Assembly: GCA_963664325.2 (NCBI GenBank)
Contig: CAXXDQ010000003.1
Span: 448,001-512,000 of the forward strand
Length of the DNA stretch: 64,000 nucleotides
Source: Desulfomonilia bacterium
Lineage (GTDB): Bacteria; Desulfobacterota; Desulfomonilia; UBA1062
Reading direction: 5' to 3'
The notes under the pieces: model-generated
The model's input: only the letters and a program-made list of their open reading frames with translations
The model's database searches: none
What the model was told of the DNA's origin: nothing
Translations under genes and position numbers: made by a program
Shown: piece by piece, positions 60,910-64,000 of the stretch
Layout of the letters: each line of letters begins with the position of its first letter
Numbering within the stretch: position 1 is the first letter of the stretch

Positions 60910-62113
60910 CTAGTTTAAAAAGCCTCCTGGCAAATTCTATATATGTCGAAGCCGGATGGTCATTCAAAAAACTGACAGGTCGGTGCAGAAATCTTTTCAG
61001 GCCCGCTGTCAGGGCAAATTCAAAAGCAGCCTTTTCTTTATCGGATATTGTCTGTAAAGCGGTCATTTCTTTTGCATAAGATTCAATGAGGCCGTACAGG
61101 TCTTTTATCGTATCCTGGGCATTAAGCCGGGTCAGCCATCTTTCGAACAGATCCACTTCGTAGTTGATTATCTCTAAGGCTTTTCCGGTATGCAGCGCCC
61201 TTTTTGAATGATGCCTGTCTGCAACCGATTTCAATGCGTCAATATCATATAGATAGCAGTTGTAGAGCTTCCCGATCTCGCTCTCTACGTCTCTGGGTAC
61301 TGCAATGTCGATAATTATAACCTCCCTGTTCTTCCTGTATTTCATTGCCTCTGACATCATCTCCCTGGTGATGATTGGCAGGGGTGATCCTGTTGATGTG
61401 ATAATGATATCCGATGTGTCAAGCTCCTCTCTGAGTGCATCGAACGGTTTAGGGGTTCCATCGAGTTCGGATGCGAGCTTGCATGCATTTTCATAGGTCC
61501 TGTTCAGGACTGTTATTGAATTTACGCCTTTTTCCCTGAGCCGTTTACCGGCAATGGATGCCATGTCGCCGGTGCCGATAATCAATACCCGGCTTTTTTT
61601 TATGTCACCGAAGATATGGCAGGCCAGTTCAACGGCTTCAGAAGCCACTGATACGGGATAGCTGCCTATATCGGTTTCAGTCCTGACCCGTTTGGCAGCC
61701 TTGAATGCCCTGTGAAGGGCCTTGTCGAGATATATTGAGGTGATGCTGTTAGCGACGGACTCCCGGTATGCATCCTTGACCTGGCCAAGTATCTGAGGTT
61801 CGCCGAGTATGAGCGAATCAAGACCCGAAGCAACCATAAAGAGATGTCTTAAAGCCTCCCGGCCGGAAAAATATTCGGAAGATGTTTTAAGCTGATCTGT
61901 ATCCAGCCCTGATATCCCTGCCAGAAGTTCCCATATGCTGTTTTCACTGGCATATGCCCAGTATATTTCCGTCCGGTTGCATGTGCACAGCACATAAGCT
62001 TCCATCTCTTCTGAAAGAATGACGTTAAGGTCTGAAGGTTTGATTATAATTCTCTCCCTGATTGTAACAGGTGCGGTACGGTGGTTGATGCTGATGCAGT
62101 TTATTGGGTTCAT
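60878..62113 (-). CDS. hemA: Glutamyl-tRNA reductase
   Basis: Start moved to ATG 62113 (ATGA overlap with ccsA); TCNRTE, GLDSLILGEPQILGQ, IGTGDM, DIAVPRD. Confidence 0.95.
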   Translation of the reverse strand: MNPINCISINHRTAPVTIRERIIIKPSDLNVILSEEMEAYVLCTCNRTEIYWAYASENSIWELLAGISGLDTDQLKTSSEYFSGREALRHLFMVASGLDSLILGEPQILGQVKDAYRESVANSITSIYLDKALHRAFKAAKRVRTETDIGSYPVSVASEAVELACHIFGDIKKSRVLIIGTGDMASIAGKRLREKGVNSITVLNRTYENACKLASELDGTPKPFDALREELDTSDIIITSTGSPLPIITREMMSEAMKYRKNREVIIIDIAVPRDVESEIGKLYNCYLYDIDALKSVADRHHSKRALHTGKALEIINYEVDLFERWLTRLNAQDTIKDLYGLIESYAKEMTALQTISDKEKAAFEFALTAGLKRFLHRPVSFLNDHPASTYIEFARRLFKLDDEHKDRHKG

Positions 62114-62916
62114 GGGAGAATCCTGAGTCCGTGCGCTCCAGGGTAAAGTATCTCGATAGATATGCCAAGCACAGCCATGACAATAAATCCGGCAAGCGTT
62201 ATTACTGCGGTGCGCCGGCCTCTCCAGCCTATTGCAAATCGCTGGTGAAGACTGAATGCAAATATTATCCACATAACGGCGCCGGAGACTATTTTAGGGG
62301 CGATAAGCGTTATCTTCAATCCGGCATTCGATGCCCAGAATCCTCCGATGATCATGCCTGCTGTCATGGCAATGAAGCCGGTACTTAGCGTTGATGCGAT
62401 TATTCTATCCAAAAGGACGAGGGGCGGAAGGTTTGATGCAGCACTGTGGATGCTCCCTTTCTTGATGAATCTTTCATGGACGAGATATACAACCGAAGCT
62501 ATTCCGGACACCATGAACAGTGCGTCTCCTGTAATTACACATGATGTGTGCAGGAAAAACCAGAAACCCAGTTTATGGACCGTGACGTGGTCAAAGCCCA
62601 AGAACCCCGATAGAAGAGAGAGTGCAAACAGGGCAAAGGGAGCGAAAAACACACCTAATGATATGGCATTTTTCAATAGTACCGCTACGATAAAGATAAA
62701 TGACGCCAGGAGGATAATCATGTTAACGGCTTGGGGAATGTTTGAAATAGGCATTTCGCCAATGCGTATTCCCAGGAGGATTGTATAGACAAGGTGCGAA
62801 AGGAAACTCAAAATCATTGAAAAAGAACATACTTTTTCAATGATGGTATTCCTGGTGAAAAGATGTAAAATCATCAGGATGACTGTTACGGCGTATAATA
62901 TCAGGACCGTACTCAC
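62110..62916 (-). CDS. Cytochrome c assembly (CcsA/HemX-like) membrane protein
   Basis: About 8 TMs, LPPLVLLD, GFIAMTAGMIIG, PKIV, GWRGRR; usual position before hemA. Confidence 0.85.
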   Translation of the reverse strand: MSTVLILYAVTVILMILHLFTRNTIIEKVCSFSMILSFLSHLVYTILLGIRIGEMPISNIPQAVNMIILLASFIFIVAVLLKNAISLGVFFAPFALFALSLLSGFLGFDHVTVHKLGFWFFLHTSCVITGDALFMVSGIASVVYLVHERFIKKGSIHSAASNLPPLVLLDRIIASTLSTGFIAMTAGMIIGGFWASNAGLKITLIAPKIVSGAVMWIIFAFSLHQRFAIGWRGRRTAVITLAGFIVMAVLGISIEILYPGAHGLRILP

Positions 62917-63569
62917 AGGATTCCCTCCAGGTCAACATCAACTCCGATAGCCTGCCGGAGTATGGATTTTACCTCATCTTTTCTCGATTTCCTGATCGCC
63001 TCGGGCAGTGATGAATTGATCAGAGTCTCGAAAACTCTTTTATGCGCTTCGGTTCCGCCGTTCTGTGAAACTACGATCGGCCGTATTCGGCCAAGGATCC
63101 TGGCAAGTATTTCATATTCGTTTCCAATCGCAACAGTAAGCTCCTCACGGAGCTTTTTGGAAAGGGCGGGTGACACCCCGCCTGTCGATATAGCTATCTT
63201 GATAGGCCCTTTTTCCACGACAGAAGGAACGATGAAAGTGCAGAGCGAAGGCGTATCTACAACATTGCAGAAAACATCAAGCTTAAGGGCGTCCATGCTT
63301 ACAGCTCTGTTCGTATTTTCATCGTCTGTTGCTGCAAATACCAGAAAGGCGCCTTTCAAATCTGATTTGTTATACTGTTTCTTTCTGATTTCGAGTCCTT
63401 GAAGCCTCATGATGGACCTTGATATTTCCGGTGCCACAACCCTTACAATAGCCCCGTTGGCAAGAAGTGATTCCACCTTTCTGAATGCAACCGAACCGCC
63501 CCCGACAACCACGCATAGCCTGTCTTCGAGGTCAAGAAATACCGGGTAGTATTTATTTTCCAGTTCCAT
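62913..63569 (-). CDS. Precorrin-2 dehydrogenase / sirohydrochlorin ferrochelatase (SirC / CysG N-terminal type)
   Basis: YYPVFLDL, VVGGGSVAFRK, AATDD, NVVD, AISTGGVSPAL. Confidence 0.92.
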   Translation of the reverse strand: MELENKYYPVFLDLEDRLCVVVGGGSVAFRKVESLLANGAIVRVVAPEISRSIMRLQGLEIRKKQYNKSDLKGAFLVFAATDDENTNRAVSMDALKLDVFCNVVDTPSLCTFIVPSVVEKGPIKIAISTGGVSPALSKKLREELTVAIGNEYEILARILGRIRPIVVSQNGGTEAHKRVFETLINSSLPEAIRKSRKDEVKSILRQAIGVDVDLEGIL

Positions 63570-63630
63570 ATTCTTTCTTCTTCCGAAAATCTTAATATAA
63601 CAGTAAAATATAATTTCAATAGAAATAACC

Positions 63631-63659
63631 TGAATGTTTGATACATATCAGATGATTCA
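63631..63659. promoter_or_regulatory. Palindromic operator candidate between sirC and the HTH regulator
   Basis: TGAAT-gtt-TGATA-ca-TATCA-gatg-ATTCA. Confidence 0.45.
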
Positions 63660-63681
63660 TAATAACCGGAGGAAAAGATAT

Positions 63682-64000
63682 ATGGCTGATGAGAGAAATG
63701 CCGTAGCCGAAAGAATGTTGAGGCTGACACGCATAATCAGGTACTTCTTTGAGAAGGAAGATGTCTACACCTCCAACATTGCAGCTGAATTTGCAACTAC
63801 CACCAGGACGATGCAGCGTGACCTCCTTGCACTAAGAAAGGCGGGTTTTCCCATACATGAGAAGAAAAAGGGACTGCACTACATGGATAAAAGCATTATC
63901 AGCAATCTCCGTCACTATGATGACTCGGAACTGGCCCTGATTGTTGCCTTAAGAGACATGGTAGCCCAACTGGGGAAACCTTTTGGCGACAATGCAGAAG
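63682..64000 (+). CDS. HTH_11 (YafY/WYL-type) transcriptional regulator, 5' part only
   Basis: Not in the ORF track; open to the window edge. RBS GGAGG; MADERNAVAERMLRLTRII...IAAEFATTTRTMQRDLLALRKAGFPI...DDSELALI, the typical YafY N-terminus. The WYL domain itself would lie outside the window. Confidence 0.75.
   Translation, partial: MADERNAVAERMLRLTRIIRYFFEKEDVYTSNIAAEFATTTRTMQRDLLALRKAGFPIHEKKKGLHYMDKSIISNLRHYDDSELALIVALRDMVAQLGKPFGDNAE

Noticed and set aside
62114-62272. N-terminal extension of HemA in the ORF track
   Set aside because: It overlaps the ccsA-like gene; ATG 62113 gives the usual N-terminus and ATGA coupling.
1-64000. tRNA (including tRNA-Sec), rRNA, prophage or integrase genes
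   Set aside because: I saw no cloverleaf or T-loop signature, rRNA-like tract or phage gene by eye; tRNAscan-SE and Rfam searches would be needed to exclude them fully.

Overview
A 64-kb bacterial chromosomal segment, mostly housekeeping genes. Gene content suggests an anaerobic Desulfobacterota (former Deltaproteobacteria): rpsU-yqeY-mutS2-dnaG-rpoD, dprA-topA-trmFO, the alternative heme pathway gene ahbC after sirC-ccsA-hemA-hemC-cobA/hemD, and a selenocysteine-type selD. About 58 CDSs; I found no rRNA, tRNA, CRISPR array or intact mobile element. Points the ORF track misses: (1) selD is a selenoprotein starting at 29460, with an in-frame TGA at 29508 and a SECIS hairpin. (2) A radical SAM-patatin gene pair has a close sigma28 (FliA)-type promoter match, and one extra base in a 21-bp tandem repeat cuts off a C-terminal extension of the radical SAM. 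(3) The neighbouring phospholipase D gene is split by a +1 frameshift. (4) An isolated flhG-fliA-cheY-fliL block carries an atypical CheY. (5) PolX has lost its catalytic aspartates but keeps its PHP domain. (6) ftsX-envC-ctpA has no ftsE; a 59-codon ORF or structured RNA sits in its place. (7) A decayed IS3 element lies where the heme cluster ends. (8) A probable WYL/YafY regulator with a palindromic operator begins at the right edge. All protein calls come from motif recognition by eye; no database search was run.
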